A stretch of 64,000 nucleotides of DNA from Lama guanicoe (lineage: Eukaryota), in assembly GCA_013239625.1 (NCBI GenBank), contig MU053934.1, positions 1,791,031 to 1,855,030 on the forward strand, written 5' to 3'. Shown here in pieces: positions 51,076 to 64,000 of the stretch. The translations under genes were made by a program, and so were the position numbers. How positions within the stretch are numbered: the stretch's first letter is position 1; every line of letters starts with the position of its first letter. The notes below the pieces were generated by a model. The model was not told the DNA's origin. It worked only from the letters and a program-made list of their open reading frames with translations, and made no database searches.

Positions 51076-52994
51076 ATGTAGACAATAAAATAAGAAAGAT
51101 GAAGATAATTTGAATGATGAGCTGGGTTTGTGGGGGCCTAATATTAGCGACTCTTTTCTCCCACCCGAGTTCAGAACCAGGAAAGGAGTAGATGAGGGGT
51201 CAGGCAGGTGGAGATGACATCAGCTTGATTAAAGTTGTTGGAGGAAGTGGCTTTGGGTTGGCTGGTCAAGTTGGCTTGCTATTACTCCCTTCCTAAATTA
51301 GATGGTCATACCCGCCTCTCCCCCCCACCTCCGCCACGTGCAGTACTCAGTAACCTCCCACCACCCTGTGCTAGAAGCACAGCATCCTGGGTGCTCTCAG
51401 AGGGTCAGCAGGTCCCCAGTCAGGGCTCCTTCTGGCCAACCTGCCTACCATGTCGCTCACTCATTCTTCCATGGAGTTGGTAAGCAAGAGGATGCCGAGA
51501 GGCTTGGCATGTACTTGGGTGGAATCCCTCCATAGGAAACAGGGAATTAGTGATTCTTCCATTACTTCCTAACCTTCTTTTAATTAAGCATTGGACTTAA
51601 CCGTAAGCTCATGGTCAGCAGGTGGCAATCAACCGTCTGGCAGAACAAACCTGCTGTCTTCAGTGGGCTGCTCCCTGGGTAGCAATCACTCCTGCTGTCT
51701 GCATCACCCTGGGTCTACCGCTGGGCAGCAGAAAGTTTGCTGCTGAGAAGATTTGAAATTTGTCAGATCAAAACATGAATTAACCCCAAAGTCTTGCTCG
51801 AACCAGAGATGAAAGTACACTCTCTGCTCCCGTCCCCCGTCTCCAAAGCTACCAAGCCATGTTCAATATAGCTCTTCAGAGATTTTGCAAAGAGATCAAG
51901 ATTTAGCACAAAAATATTCCAAGAGTAAATGACCAACAGTAAGAAACTCCATATTGCGTATGCACCTGCTTCCATTACAAATTGCCCAGGGAGAAACACT
52001 GAAATTTGATCTCCTTGCAAATTAAAGTTTAAAGGAATTAGTCTAAAATCAAACTGCTTGTCTGAAGTATCTGAGTTTCTTTTAATGAACACATAGAAGG
52101 TAAACAGGTTTTGAACACAGAGCTGAAAAGGTACAACCTTCGTCAGTTTCTAGGTGAATTCTAAAAAGTCAGTCTCAGCTCTCCTGGATCAAAAGAGCTT
52201 TTCCTGAGAACTTATAGCATGCCAGAATTCATCCTGGGACATGAAGATTACAAAACGCACATCCATCGGAGACTCTCTGAAGACTTCCATCCTTGGTTTC
52301 TGTAGCTCTGTTGTCCTGCTGAGGGTTGTTATGAAGAGTCTGAAGCCAGTGAGCCTGGCGGCCCAGGTCTGGTAAATTTGCTAGGTGTGGCCTGGTGGTA
52401 CCATTCTGTAACCATTTCCTCCTGGGACATGATGTGCTCTTTTATTTCTAGAAAGATTTTTTTGCACCTTATTTAAAAATATTTGTTCTGTTCACATTTC
52501 TCAGTTTTCTTCTTTGGAGATTCCAATTAGCATAGCGTTGGAGTTTTGCCTTTATTTCATACATTTTTTGCTGATCCTTTTTAGCATTTCATTTTTACTT
52601 CATTTTGCTCATTTTCCTCATCTCTGTCTTTGGTGTTGCTTACTTGTTTTTTTTTTTTTTAAGTTGTATCTCTTTTCCCGTGTATGAATTCCAAGAAGCA
52701 TTTACTTTTGTGATGGATTTTACTTTTCTCTCTTTCCTCAGCTTCCACCAGTTTCCAGTTAATTTTCTAGTTTGTTTTTCTGTACCTTCCCTTCTCAGAT
52801 CTCCATTTTACCATCCTGTGTTGTAGGGGAAATTGCTTCACTAACTTTAAAAAAATTAATTGCAAGATACCTGTTCACAATTTTTATCAGCTTTTTGGCT
52901 TCACTTTTCTGGTGAGTGTTCTTTATCTGCCATTTGTATTTGTTGTTGTTATTACTAGCTTCCTTTTTTGACTTGTAATATATATTAAAAAAAA

Positions 52995-53083
52995 TTTTTT
53001 TTTAAATGGAGGTACTGGGGATTGAACCCAGGACCTCATACATGCCAAGCATATGCTCTACCACTGAGCTATACCCTCCCCCC
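52995..53083 (-). mobile_element. tRNA-derived SINE (Vic-1-like, short form)
   Basis: SINE body with A/B boxes and T tail on the plus strand. Confidence 0.88.
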
Positions 53084-53089
53084 TATTTT

Positions 53090-54350
53090 TTTTATTGTGG
53101 TAAAATCTATATAACATTAAGTTGACTTGTTAGCCATCAGTGGCATTAAGCACACTCACATTGTTAGGCAACCCTCACCACCATCCATCTTCAGAACTTT
53201 TTCATCTTCTCCAACTGAAACTCTGTCCTCATTAAACACTAACTCCCCATCCCCCCGCCTCTCAGCCCCAATAACCACACTTCCACTTTCTATCTCTATG
53301 AATTTGACTCTTCTAGGTTCCTCAGATCAATGGAATCATACAATATTTGACTTTTGTGACTGCTTTATTTCACTTAGTTATATCAAAATAAATTTCTAAG
53401 CTCAAGGTGGAACTGCTCCTGCCTCAGGTGCCATGTTGGCAAGCCGAAACTTCGATAACTTTCCTTGTCCTGTAAATGGTCCACTTGACCAGAAACATGG
53501 TCTATCCAGTCATCCGAACTGGATAGACCAGACACCAAGCCAACTCTGGCTCTTCTTACCCTAAATAAGGTTGATGGTGGGGCCCCAACCAATCAGATGT
53601 TTTCTGTTTTTCTCTTCCTTGTTCTTTATCATATAGAAGCTTCTGGCCTTCCACCCCATTTTGCAGTTATCCCAATGGTCACTGTCTACTTCATGAAGTG
53701 TTCAATAAAGTTCATTCGTATCACCTAAATTTTCTTCTTTAACCACTTTTTAGCAGTTAGTGTAATGTCTTCAAGGGTCATCCTTGTAGTTGCCTTGTCA
53801 GAATCTCATCTCTTCTTAAGGCTGAATAACATTCCACTGTACAGATACACCACTTTTTATTTAGCCATTCCTCCGTTAATGGACGTTTGAGTTGTTTCTA
53901 CCTTTCAGGTATCGTGAATAATGCTGATACGAACACGGATGTCCAAGTGTCTGTTCTAGACCCTACTTTCAATTCTTTTGGTTATATACCCAGCAGTGGA
54001 ACTCCTGGATCACCTGGTAATTATAATTTAAATTTTTTTTTGTAACTTCTGTACCCTTGGCAGTGGCTGCACCATTTTATATTCCCACCAGCGATGCTCA
54101 AGGGTTCCAGTTTCTCCACAGTCCTGTCAACACTTGTTATTTTCTGTGGTTTTCTTGGTTTTTGTTTTTTATAATAGTCATCCTTACAGGTGTGAGGTGG
54201 GGTCTCACTGTGGTTTTGATTTGCATTATCCTAAGTGATTAGTGATGCTGAGCATCTTTTCATCTGCTTATTGGCCATTTGTATGTCTTTGGAGAAAAGT
54301 CTGTTCAAGTCATTTGGCCATTTTCTGGTTGGGTTTGTTGTTTTGTGTTG
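53090..54350 (-). mobile_element. L1 (L1MB-like) 3' region interrupted by an LTR
   Basis: ggcattaagcacactcacattgtt...tatatacccagcagtgga...tgtggttttgatttgcatt...gagcatcttttcat. Confidence 0.85.
53381..53755 (+). mobile_element. ERV1-type solo LTR
   Basis: 4-bp TSD GTTA (53377-53380 / 53756-53759); CCAAT, AATAAA and CA end; L1 resumes on both sides. Confidence 0.75.
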
Positions 54351-55442
54351 TTCTTGGGTTAATATTTTTCTGTGTGGAGACCTTGTGTCTGTTGCTTTTT
54401 CTCATGGGCCAGCTTTTTGTGGGAGACTCAAATAGGGGAGAAGCCTGGGCTGTGTTCTAGGCTCACAGAAGTGTTCTTTCTGGTCCAGGGCCTTCTGCGT
54501 GAGTTTTCTGCCTTTATTTCTCTGCAGGCAACGGAGTGGGTCAGTTTTCATACTATTCACAATGCAGATCCTTTTCTCCTTTTCTATCTCGAAGACAAAC
54601 TGCTTCCTACAAACATGCCCTGTCTCACTGTGTTTCCTCGTTTAGCTTTATAGTCACTGCTTCTTGGAACCAATCCAGGGTGAGTGAAAAATTTATTCTT
54701 ACTATTTTAAAAAAGAGGCTTAATTTGGCACTTGGGGAATGCCCTCCCCTTGAAAAGTCACTGTTTTTTAAAATCTGTAATTATTGGCGTCCTCTCCCTC
54801 CTATTCTCCCAAAGCTCTGTTCCTTCCCTTTGCTTTTGGCATCCTTTTCATCAATTTTACTATTTTTCCTATTTTCTGATAAATGGTGGGTGAACCATTT
54901 CCTTTGTTGCTCTGGATAATTGCCAAGAGAAGAGACTCTAATGATGTGATCACTCTTCTTCACCGGAAGTTCTTGCCTGAGTTTCTGAGCATCGTCAGAT
55001 TGTAATGGAGATAGGAAAGAGACTTGCCATCAGAGGAAAAAGACTTTGGTTTCCCCTCTGCTTCTCCTGCCTCTTGGGCAACTTCCTCAGAGGGCCTTTA
55101 AAGGGTTCCTTTCATCCTCAGGTCCCTGTATGAGGGAGGCCCTCCTAGGGCTTCCTCCTCAGCTCTCTTCCCTCTTCGCAGCCACCGTCTTCCGTGGACT
55201 TCACGTTTACAAACTCCCAGGTCTGAGTCACTAGGTCTCAGCTCCATATGAAGCCACTGCCTCTCGGAATGACTGTGGGGTCTGTTTTCTTCCTTAAGAA
55301 ATGAAGCTGCGTCTCTTCTGGCCCAGGACCCCTTGTCCCCTTAGAGGGAGAAGCGCCAAGCAGCCCTCAGAGACACCGAGACTACAGCACTGGCTGGAGT
55401 CCACCCGGGAACCCTCCCCTTTCCTTGGGAAATTCTCTTGAC

Positions 55443-55475
55443 CGCAGTGCACGGTCTCGGCCAGCAGAGGGCGAC
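55443..55475 (+). promoter_or_regulatory. Candidate CTCF site with upstream motif
   Basis: CGCAGTGCA-N6-CGGCCAGCAGAGGGCGAC. Confidence 0.7.
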
Positions 55476-56576
55476 TCTGGAGACTGGGGAGGGACGGGGC
55501 CCTGACTGTGAGTGATCCCAGTTCCTGAAGTGAAGGTGAGGGTCCGACGTCCCCACCCGTGCCCTTTTCCCATGAGACCCTGCTTACGCTCCTCCTACGA
55601 TTACAGACATCTCAGCCGGGTCCCTTAGCTACAGGCACCGAATTTTGTGAACCAAAATCAGAATATAAGTCAGACCAGGATTCAACGTTTGTGTTCCCCA
55701 CGCAGAACACGCAGGGACTCTCAACTAGCCGGCTTTTGTGGTCAGTTAGGAGGTCATCATCTGGTTGTGCAGTCAGGACCCCCAGCAGTGCCTGAATGTG
55801 GCCTGGGTCCAGCCACGCCGCCTGACTCAGCGGCCCTTGACCAAGGTATGTGCACAAAAGACAAGGGCGATGGGAAAATCAGGAAGCACATCTGGTTCAG
55901 GCCTGAATCTCCAGAGCAGAGTCTCTGGCAAAATGGATTGAATGATGTGGTTTTGGTCCAAGAGAGCCTTTTCTTCGCGGGGGCTCTGGCAGAGGAGGGA
56001 GGAGAGATGCGGGCGGGCGGGAGGCAGAGGAGCTGGGCCATTCCTCGGGGATGGAGGAAGGAGCAGAGAGGGACGAGGGTCCCACGCATTCCCGGGCTGG
56101 CCTGGAACAGAGTGGCTCCTCAGTGTCAGGGCAGCTAAACCAGAGGAGTAGGACGCCCTCTTTAGGAGAAGTGAGGCAAAGCAAGCTGCTTCCCAGGCAG
56201 CGAGATTTACTCTGAACTTTCCCAGCAGAAGGTACGTTTTAACTGCAGAAATGTGATGGAAGACAAAGGAGGAGGACTTGAGAAACTAGCTCAGAAAGTG
56301 ATGAAACACAGTCGGGGGTCGATTTCACTCGAATCCTGTGTATAAATCACAAAAGTCTTAAAAGTATTTCCAGGAAGGAACCAGGCCCATGTCTGGGGAT
56401 CCTCACTCCTGCCTCAGTCCAAGGGGTCTCCCGCCCCCAGCGTTTGACTTCATTCTGCGTTCCCTGCCTTAGACCTGTTCACTCCGCCGCACCCCTTCCC
56501 CGATGAAGGCAAGTAGAGTTCTCGCCCCAAGATATGTTCTAGGCCAGGACAGGGGAGCTGGTCAACCACGGTTCTA

Positions 56577-56725
56577 TTTTTAATTTTTGGGGGGGAGAGG
56601 TAATTAGGTTTATTTGTGTGTGTGTGTGTATATATATAATTTCTTTTGATGGAGGTACTGGGGATTGAACCCAGGACCTCGTGCATGCTAAGCAAAAACT
56701 CTACCACTAAGCTATACCTTTCCCC
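56577..56725 (-). mobile_element. tRNA-derived SINE (Vic-1-like) with internal (TG)/(TA) microsatellite
   Basis: Same SINE body and taattaggtttattt tail motif. Confidence 0.88.
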
Positions 56726-58326
56726 ACTCAAACATCCTTCTAGACGTCAGAAACGTAGCATTCTGAACTATGAGCCCTTATTCTAATCTGTCCCCAGCAT
56801 TTGTCATTTACCAGGTATGTGCTGATAAGAAAGCAGAGGCTTTTCTCCCCTCGAGAAGCTGTTCTGGGCCACCACACTGAACCGCCTGCGACATCAGCTG
56901 AAACCTAGTCACCAGGCCTGTCTGTGAAGAATGTAAACAGCGAGCAAAGAAATAAAAGGCAGAATTCCTAAAGTAAGGTGACTCGAATCCGAGTGGAACA
57001 AGTATGACAATAAATAATAATAATATGAATAGCATGAATAAGTAAAGAGTATCAAGCTGAGTGAAAAATCAGATTGGAATCATTTTCTGCCTAAGGAGCG
57101 ATCCTGAAATACAGCGCCGCAAAAGGCCACACTAACAGGTGAGAAGAACTTGCCACATGTAAGTTTTAGAGAAGATGACACTATTAATATTTAATAACAA
57201 ATTATCCAACCTTTGTCTTCCTAGGTGCTCCAGGGTTCTCTTCACTGAACACCCTTCTAGACAAGTTGGAGACTTTATAATGATAAAAGAAACGTGATAA
57301 AGATGTCTCTTTATTGCTTTCACCTTATTGTTTTTGCTATGAAAGCAGCACGTGATTCTTGTAACAAAGTGTAATAAGACAGACAGAAAAAGGGGCTCGT
57401 GTGGGTCCCCTGCCCCCAACCTCAACACCCCGCCCGCCAAGCTAAGCCTGCTCGTCGCTTGTTGCACCTCCTTCCAGAATTTCCCCCTCGTCCTGTACCA
57501 CATATTTAATACTCTAAAGAGAATCAAGATCATATCCTTCAACTTTTTTTCTTTTACTTAATACATCCTGGATGTCTTTCCAGGTCAGTTCCTATAGAAA
57601 AGCCTTGTTCTTTTTCAGGTCCGTCAGCCTTTATTTCATACTGGTATATTTTAAGGTAACCGGCCTCCCTTCGTGGGCATTTCAGATTGCTTCTGTTTCT
57701 ATCCACCACTTCGAGGAACTTGTGTCTGTTTCCCTGGGGACGTGCCATTGTGTTTGCGTAGAGTGAATTTCTGGAGGGAGGATGCTGAGTCTTGGGCATG
57801 TGTATTTTTTATGCTGGGAGAGACTCCACATCAGCCTCCCCCAGATGAGATCCTTTTATGCTCCCACCCAGTGTCTGAGGCTGCACGCGCCCGTCTCGCT
57901 TTCTCAGCAGCAGAGGATGCTTTCGTTCTGTTTGTTTTTGCCAATGTGATCAATGAAATGGTGTCTTATGAGATCTGCATTTGCATTTTTTTAGCTATTA
58001 ACGACGTGAAGCGTCTTTTCATGTATTTATTGACCGTTGTATTTCTTCTTCCGTGAAGCACCTTTTCGTGAGAAATACCTGTTTATAGAAAATGAGAGCC
58101 GAGTGCTGCTTGAAATATTAAGGGTTTTTTTGTTTGTTTGTTTAGAAATTACTTCTCAAGTCTTCAAAAAAGAATAGGCGTGGAGGCGGCATGGGAGAGC
58201 CAGGTTCCAGGGGTGGGGAAGAGAAGCTGGGTCACATTTATTAAGCACATTAAAGACTTTAAAAAAAAAATCAAAACATCCCATGAAGGTGGGGCAAACG
58301 TAAGGAGATCTATAAGTTCTTCTGTC

Positions 58327-58468
58327 TTTTTTTTTTTTTTGGCAGCAGGAGGGGGTGGGGAGGTAATTATGTTTATTTATTTATTTATTTAATGGCAGTA
58401 CTGGGGATTGAACCCAGGACCTCATGCTTGCTAAGCACAGGCTCTACCACTGAGCTATACCCTCCCCA
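58327..58468 (-). mobile_element. tRNA-derived SINE (Vic-1-like)
   Basis: Same SINE body with poly-T on the plus strand; flanks CTATAAGTT / CTGTAAGTT. Confidence 0.88.
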
Positions 58469-58499
58469 CTGTAAGTTGTTTTAAGCTTTCAGAAACTAA

Positions 58500-59330
58500 G
58501 CCATTCTCAGGCCTCATAAATTGTCCCAGAAATAGAAAACGCAATATGCTAGTGAGCATATTCCATGAAGCAAATATGACACTAATTAAAAAACACACCT
58601 TGATTACAAGGAAAGACAACTATAGTTCATTATCATTTACGTCTCTAAGATGAACACCCTGAACACAGTACTAGAAAATATAAATCTACGACATATGCAA
58701 AAATCTGCAGTGACAAAGTTGGGGGTTTTGTGACATATAAGGAGAATTCAATGTATGGAAATTTATGTACATAATATACCATATTCATGGGATAAATAAA
58801 AAAGGAAAATTATGACCATCTCATTTAGAGTCTGAAAATTCAGCACCTACTCCTAAGAAAAATACTTAAATCCAGGAAGGAAACAGACTGCCTCATTATG
58901 AAGAGGAGTGGTTTTTGTGAACCAGCTGCCATCACTAGAGTCAATTTCATAAAATTAAATAATTTAAGAGTTCAAGCTAACCCAATAAGGTATGAAACCA
59001 GAAAAATAAGTATTGAAAAAGTAGGAAAGAAAACCAGCCTTCGGTACACATGAAATATTCATCCCACCACTATGACAATCAGTAAAAGTTCAGCAAAGCA
59101 CAAGGGATGTATTAAAAATGAATAATATTTCTGTCGAGTAATAAAACAAGTTAGAGAACACAGCATTATCAGATGTTATTCACAATGGCCTCAAAACAAT
59201 TTGAATTACCAAGGAAATAATGTTAGCATGAAATGTGAAGCAGTAACGAATTGTTCTTAAAAGAAACATGAAAACCAGAAGTCCTGGGAAGCCATACGTG
59301 TCGCTGGGTAGGCAGACAGCAGACCCTGGA
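58500..59330 (+). mobile_element. Highly degraded L1 ORF2 fragment
   Basis: A-rich; remnants such as attccatgaagcaaatatgacactaat, gaaaattatgaccatctca and aagttcagcaaag resemble the L1 RT region. Confidence 0.55.
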
Positions 59331-59727
59331 TTTAATCAGGATGGATCCTGGGACTTTCTCAAAGGCCCACATTGGCAGCAGGTGACTTCCTTCAGCAAGT
59401 GTAAGTAGAAAGACAGGTAGCCCCCCAGCCCCCGCAGGGAGTTCCTGCAAGAAGCCAGAGAGCAGAGGGGGCCACGGAGCCGACCACTGGCCGGGCCATT
59501 GGTCAGAGCGGAGGCTGCACCCAGGAGAGCCGGTGCCACTCTGTGAAGGACTCACACGGGTGACAAAAACAGCAAGACCCCAACGGGTCACGATAAGGGA
59601 GTGTTTCTATAAACACGAGGCACATCCCCTCTTGCTGAAAAAGCACAGAGTCCTCAAAAAATCCTTACGACAACCGTGTAGCAATATGAAAAATACTCGT
59701 CTTTTAATACTGCATTTCATTCTTTCC

Positions 59728-59808
59728 TTTTTAACGGAGGTGCCGGGGATTGAACCCAGGACGCTGCGCATGCTAAGCGTGCGCTCTGCCACTGAGCTAC
59801 ACCCTCCC
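59728..59808 (-). mobile_element. tRNA-derived SINE (Vic-1-like, short form)
   Basis: ggggattgaacccagg...tgctaagc...ccactgagctac. Confidence 0.85.
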
Positions 59809-60032
59809 TGCAATACTACGTTTTAAAAATAAGACACAATTATAAGGTGGCAATTGAAGACGTGAAAAAGAAAGGGCATTGGAAAAACAACTGAATAAAA
59901 CAAATAAAACCTAGTGGGGGTGATCTTTGTCTAATCATATTGAAAATGGATTTATAAAGTGATTTTTGAACAACAAAAGAAGCTGCAATATTAGAAAGAG
60001 TCTTAAAACAAGGGTAACTGTGCAGCATTGCC

Positions 60033-60520
60033 TGTGATGGGGGTTTGCCCTCTACGCTCCTGAGTTCTCGGCCAGCCAAGCCCCTGCAATAAAAGACAAA
60101 TTCACAAGAGGAGAACAGATGGAGGTGTATTAACACGTGGGAGATGCCCAGGGGAGAACCCGTGACTCCCCGAGGTGGCTTACAGTTCAGTCTTCAATAC
60201 CATTTTAATAGGGAAAGGGGGTGGGGGAGGTGGCCCTCTTGGCAGGCAGTGAATGGTTTGTGACGAAGTTTGTCTGGGTGTGGGGTCAACTTCTCTCCCC
60301 TCCTGTGATGAGTCGATCTTTCCTGGCCGATGAAACTCCTGGGGAGGGGAGTCTGTGCCCGTTGCGTTCCCTTTGGAGGGTCTGTCTTTGGGCAGATAAG
60401 GGATGTTCAGAGAAAGTCTCGCTCTGCCCGTGCTGATTCATGAGCCGGCAGCTCAAACTCATCAATAATCAAATAACCAAAGCAGCATCTTTTTGGGTGT
60501 CGTGTTCTGCTCCCCCCCAC
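60033..60520 (-). mobile_element. Probable ERV1-type LTR
   Basis: LTR-like blocks (gatgaaactcctggggaggg, cagctcaaa..atcaataa..ccaaagcagcat.ttttggg); boundaries approximate. Confidence 0.55.
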
Positions 60521-62384
60521 CTACCTGGTTAAAACAAACAGCTAACCAACCAATGAACTCTTCATCTCTAGAAAGGCTTTCTAGAGACTGGACACTCCTA
60601 CCAGGATCGAAGATGGTAGAGGGCGGGACAGAACGATTATTCACTTGCTTTTGAGTTTACAATATTCTAAACAGCACAGCCCTGGTCCCCTTCATGCCTG
60701 TTGTTGGGTGATTGGATGCTTATCAGAAGGCTTTTGTGCCTTAATATGTAATATAAAAATTGCAAAAGTCCTTCTCCAATTTATTTTGCCACCAGTAACC
60801 TAAGCAATGACCAGTTTTACTACATCCTAGTTAGCATTGAGTATTATCATAGTTTAATCGTTTGGATAAAATCCTTAGGCAAAAAGAATGTGAAAATTTT
60901 GAAACATTAAGATTTTTGATGTAGTCTGAGCTTGCTTTTATTATTCCCAGATTTAATAGTTAGATAATCTACTTTCCCAGAGCATCGTTAAACCTTTTTG
61001 GAAGGAGATGCCTAGAGAAGAAACACACCAGCTGCTCTTTTAAAGTCACAGGCCTGGGAGAAGATGATGGATAGAACTGGCTTGGGAAGGTAATCCTAGG
61101 AAAGTGACGGCTGGCGGTGGGGGTGATCACCAGACATGAGTTCTGTGAGGGCACGGACTGGGCTGCTATCCCACTCCCCAAATTCCAGCATCTAGACAGT
61201 GTCTGGTATAGACCTGGCACTCAGCATGAAGGAGGAAAGGAGGGAAGGAAATCTGATGGTTAATATTCAGATTTTGTTGCTATGCTGTCACCATCTTCGC
61301 AGTATGAAGCATCTGAATGTGTCCCAACAGAGCTGGCTGACGAGCTGGTCATGCCATCTCACTTGCCTCCATTTGCATTTGGAGATGTGTCAATTATAAA
61401 CAACAACAAAAAAAAGATTTACACATCTTCCTAAAAAAATTCCTTAGCAAAGTAAATTTAAAACCTTTGGTAAGCACATTAACAGGTGTCCAAACACCTG
61501 GTCTATTGGATGATGGAGTCCTAGAAGCGGAATTTGCTCCGTTTCCCCCCATTCCAGGACACTCCTTCCCCAGCCCTCCTGCATCCTTGCCCAAGACTTG
61601 GGAATGTCTGGGTCTTACCTTAAGATTCAGACTGCTGGGACTTACCTTTCCATGGCCTCTGCCCGGGCATTCAGACTCCCAGGCTGAGTGTGAAATACTC
61701 AAAATAGTCAATGCTGCCTCACAGAGGCTGTACGTCGATCGCTGAGGTGTCCATGATGTTCTGTAAAATTAATTGCAGCGCTACCCCAGGCTCTGAAATG
61801 ATCACATCTTCATAATTCACGCAGACTGCATTTTGCCTGCCCTTTCGGGACAGGAATGATCTATTCTATGCATCCATGGCCTTGGCTGGGCCTTCCATCA
61901 CTGTTCCCGGTCCCTCTTCCACTCTTCGGAGGCCTCCCGCAGCTCCCGTTAGTTCTGAGAGGGCTCGAAACTAAGTCCTTTCCTTTTGCTGCTGGCTGAT
62001 GAGCCCAGCTTGGACCACAGGTACTTGGGTCACTTCTGATGTCCTGTGTGTGTACTTCATGCTTCTCTTCCCTCCTTGGGTGAAGGCAGAGGGATTTCTT
62101 CCTTTCTCAGGGGAGTATTGTCCTCAACCAGCAGAAGAGACAGACAGACTGGAGTCCTTCCAGGAAGCTGGAGTCCTGAGTTTTTATGCGAATTCCATCA
62201 CCAAATGGCTTATAATCTAGGGAAACCTACAATACATCCTTGTAGGTTATTTATTTTATACATAGTAGGTTGTACTTCTTACTCCCCTACCTCTATCTTG
62301 CCCCTTGACCTTCTGCCTCCCCTCATTCATTCATTTGTTCATCAACAGATTTTAATCAAGGCTTAAGACAAAGGGCCAAGGACT

Positions 62385-62556
62385 TCAGGACACGTTCACA
62401 AAGTTGTCTGTACGTTGCAATCACCCGGCAAGCTTCAGAAAATACTGACGTGTGTGTGGGTCCTAGCGACAAGGAGTTAATTGATCTGGGACATGACCCG
62501 GACTTGGGTAGTTTGCAAGGCTCTGCAAGTAGTTCTGTTGAGCTTGGGAACCACTG
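62385..62556. mobile_element. MER5-like hAT-Charlie fragment
   Basis: aatcaccc..agctt..aaaatactga...ttaattgatctggg...ttgggaaccactg. Confidence 0.55.
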
Positions 62557-64000
62557 CATGAAGGCGGGAGGCGCTTTCCTCTTGTTCTACCACATCAATA
62601 TGCTCTTGGGTGTATGTTCTAGCTTCCTTTTAACCAGGGGCGGATTTAAGGGGCAAACTGAGACAGAGGACTCATCTTCCAAAGGGTCTTGCCCACCTCT
62701 TCCCTTGGCTCTCATGGGCACCGAGGATATCATGGGAAAAGATACGGTCTCTGTTCTAATACATCGTGGGGGCACAGTTGGGGGATGGACCCCTGATAAG
62801 CCATTAGCAAAAGGAGCGGTCAATGGTATGACATGAGGACGGGGAGGAAGGGGTGCTGTGGGAGCCCCTCATGGGGGTGGGCGGGCTGTGAGGAGAGGGG
62901 AGGGAGCCCCTGGTGGTGAGCTGTGCCTTGCAATTCTGTTCCCCACCATGTGCATTCCTGGGCCTTGGCATCTGCCAGTCTCCTCACTTAGCCCTCTCTG
63001 CCCGTTGCCTGCGTGCATTTCCAACCAGAGGGGCCATTCATTAAGTTATCTGATGCACACGTGTGATGAGCACCTCTGTGCTGGGCATCATGCCGGCCCG
63101 GCAGGAACTAGACAGGTAAGGACCTGGTGTGTGAAGAGAGCACCACCTCGCCAGCCCTGTGATACCCAGGCGCTCACGGGACACTTCTGGAAGATTCCAA
63201 TTACACTGCAGAAGTGAGGACAAGACTTCCTTCTCCTTTTTGCCGTAGTTGGTCAGCTGTCTCCGTGGGACCTTGGTCTGTCAGATGCACAGTACTAGTC
63301 TTTAACCAAGGACACTCAGGCTCGGGAAACTTCTGCTCCCAGCAGTGACAGAGGGAGACCTGCAGTGGTTCCCGATCACCCCCACGCCCCCCCCGTGAAA
63401 GTAGCTGGGATGGAAGAAAAGTTTGGCAGAGGCCAGATTTTCTGTGTGTACAGGTGGAGTTGGGGACCAAGAGGACGGAAAGATTCACATGAATTCAAAC
63501 GGATGTTGGGACACATTCGGAACACCTGCATTTTCCAAACTGTATATAACTGCACAGTACATTTATAATTCAAACAAAAAGAGCCTTTTATTTCAAAGTC
63601 AACTACACTCTGAGACCCCTCCACCCCCTCCTTGCCCGCCCCGGCCCCCATCACTCATCACAGTCACGCATGTGTGGAATCTCAGTCACGGAGTCTACGG
63701 CTCAGACTGAGGTCTGAGCTACAGTCCCAGTGCCTTGCAAGGAAAAGCTGGTGATTTGAGAAAAGCCATTCCTGAGAGGAAGTATCCTTTTATTGCAGCA
63801 GAATTTATAATTGTGAAAAACTGGACACCGCTAAAATGTTCCAACAGCAGGAGACCCGTTAAATACAAACTGTTCATCCACTTGAGAGAACACTGTGCAA
63901 CGGTCAAACTGATGTTTACAAGAGATGGCAATTGGATTAAGAGGGAAAATGTTTATTTTATCAAGTTAGGTGAAGAAAAGCAGGATGAAAATTGTATATA

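Overview
Mammalian genomic DNA, very probably camelid (inferred from a recurrent ~130-bp tRNA-derived SINE resembling camelid Vic-1 and from cetartiodactyl-type L1 3' ends). The window holds two divergently oriented genes. (1) A complete three-exon myoglobin gene (MB, minus strand, CDS 10404-10310, 4938-4716, 1239-1093; 154 aa) with poly(A) signal and a classical muscle promoter. (2) An apolipoprotein L6-like gene (APOL6, plus strand) with an IRF-element plus GAS promoter near 39.4 kb, a non-coding exon 1, a remodelled exon 2, a large exon 3 and an extra terminal exon 4. The rest is interspersed repeats (SINE, MIR, L1, L2, CR1/L3, MaLR/ERVL/ERV1 LTRs, hAT elements) and simple repeats; most ORFs in the track are spurious. 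I see no wholly new multi-gene system. The strongest novelty candidate is APOL6 exon 2. The codon matching the human start ATG is CCG and an in-frame TAA follows. That TAA lies inside a new phase-correct 5' splice site (AGG|GTAAGA), which with an upstream in-frame ATG would restore a 333-aa protein, while the ancestral donor gives a stop-containing mRNA. Human APOL6/MB comparisons and repeat-family names are from memory, not database searches.
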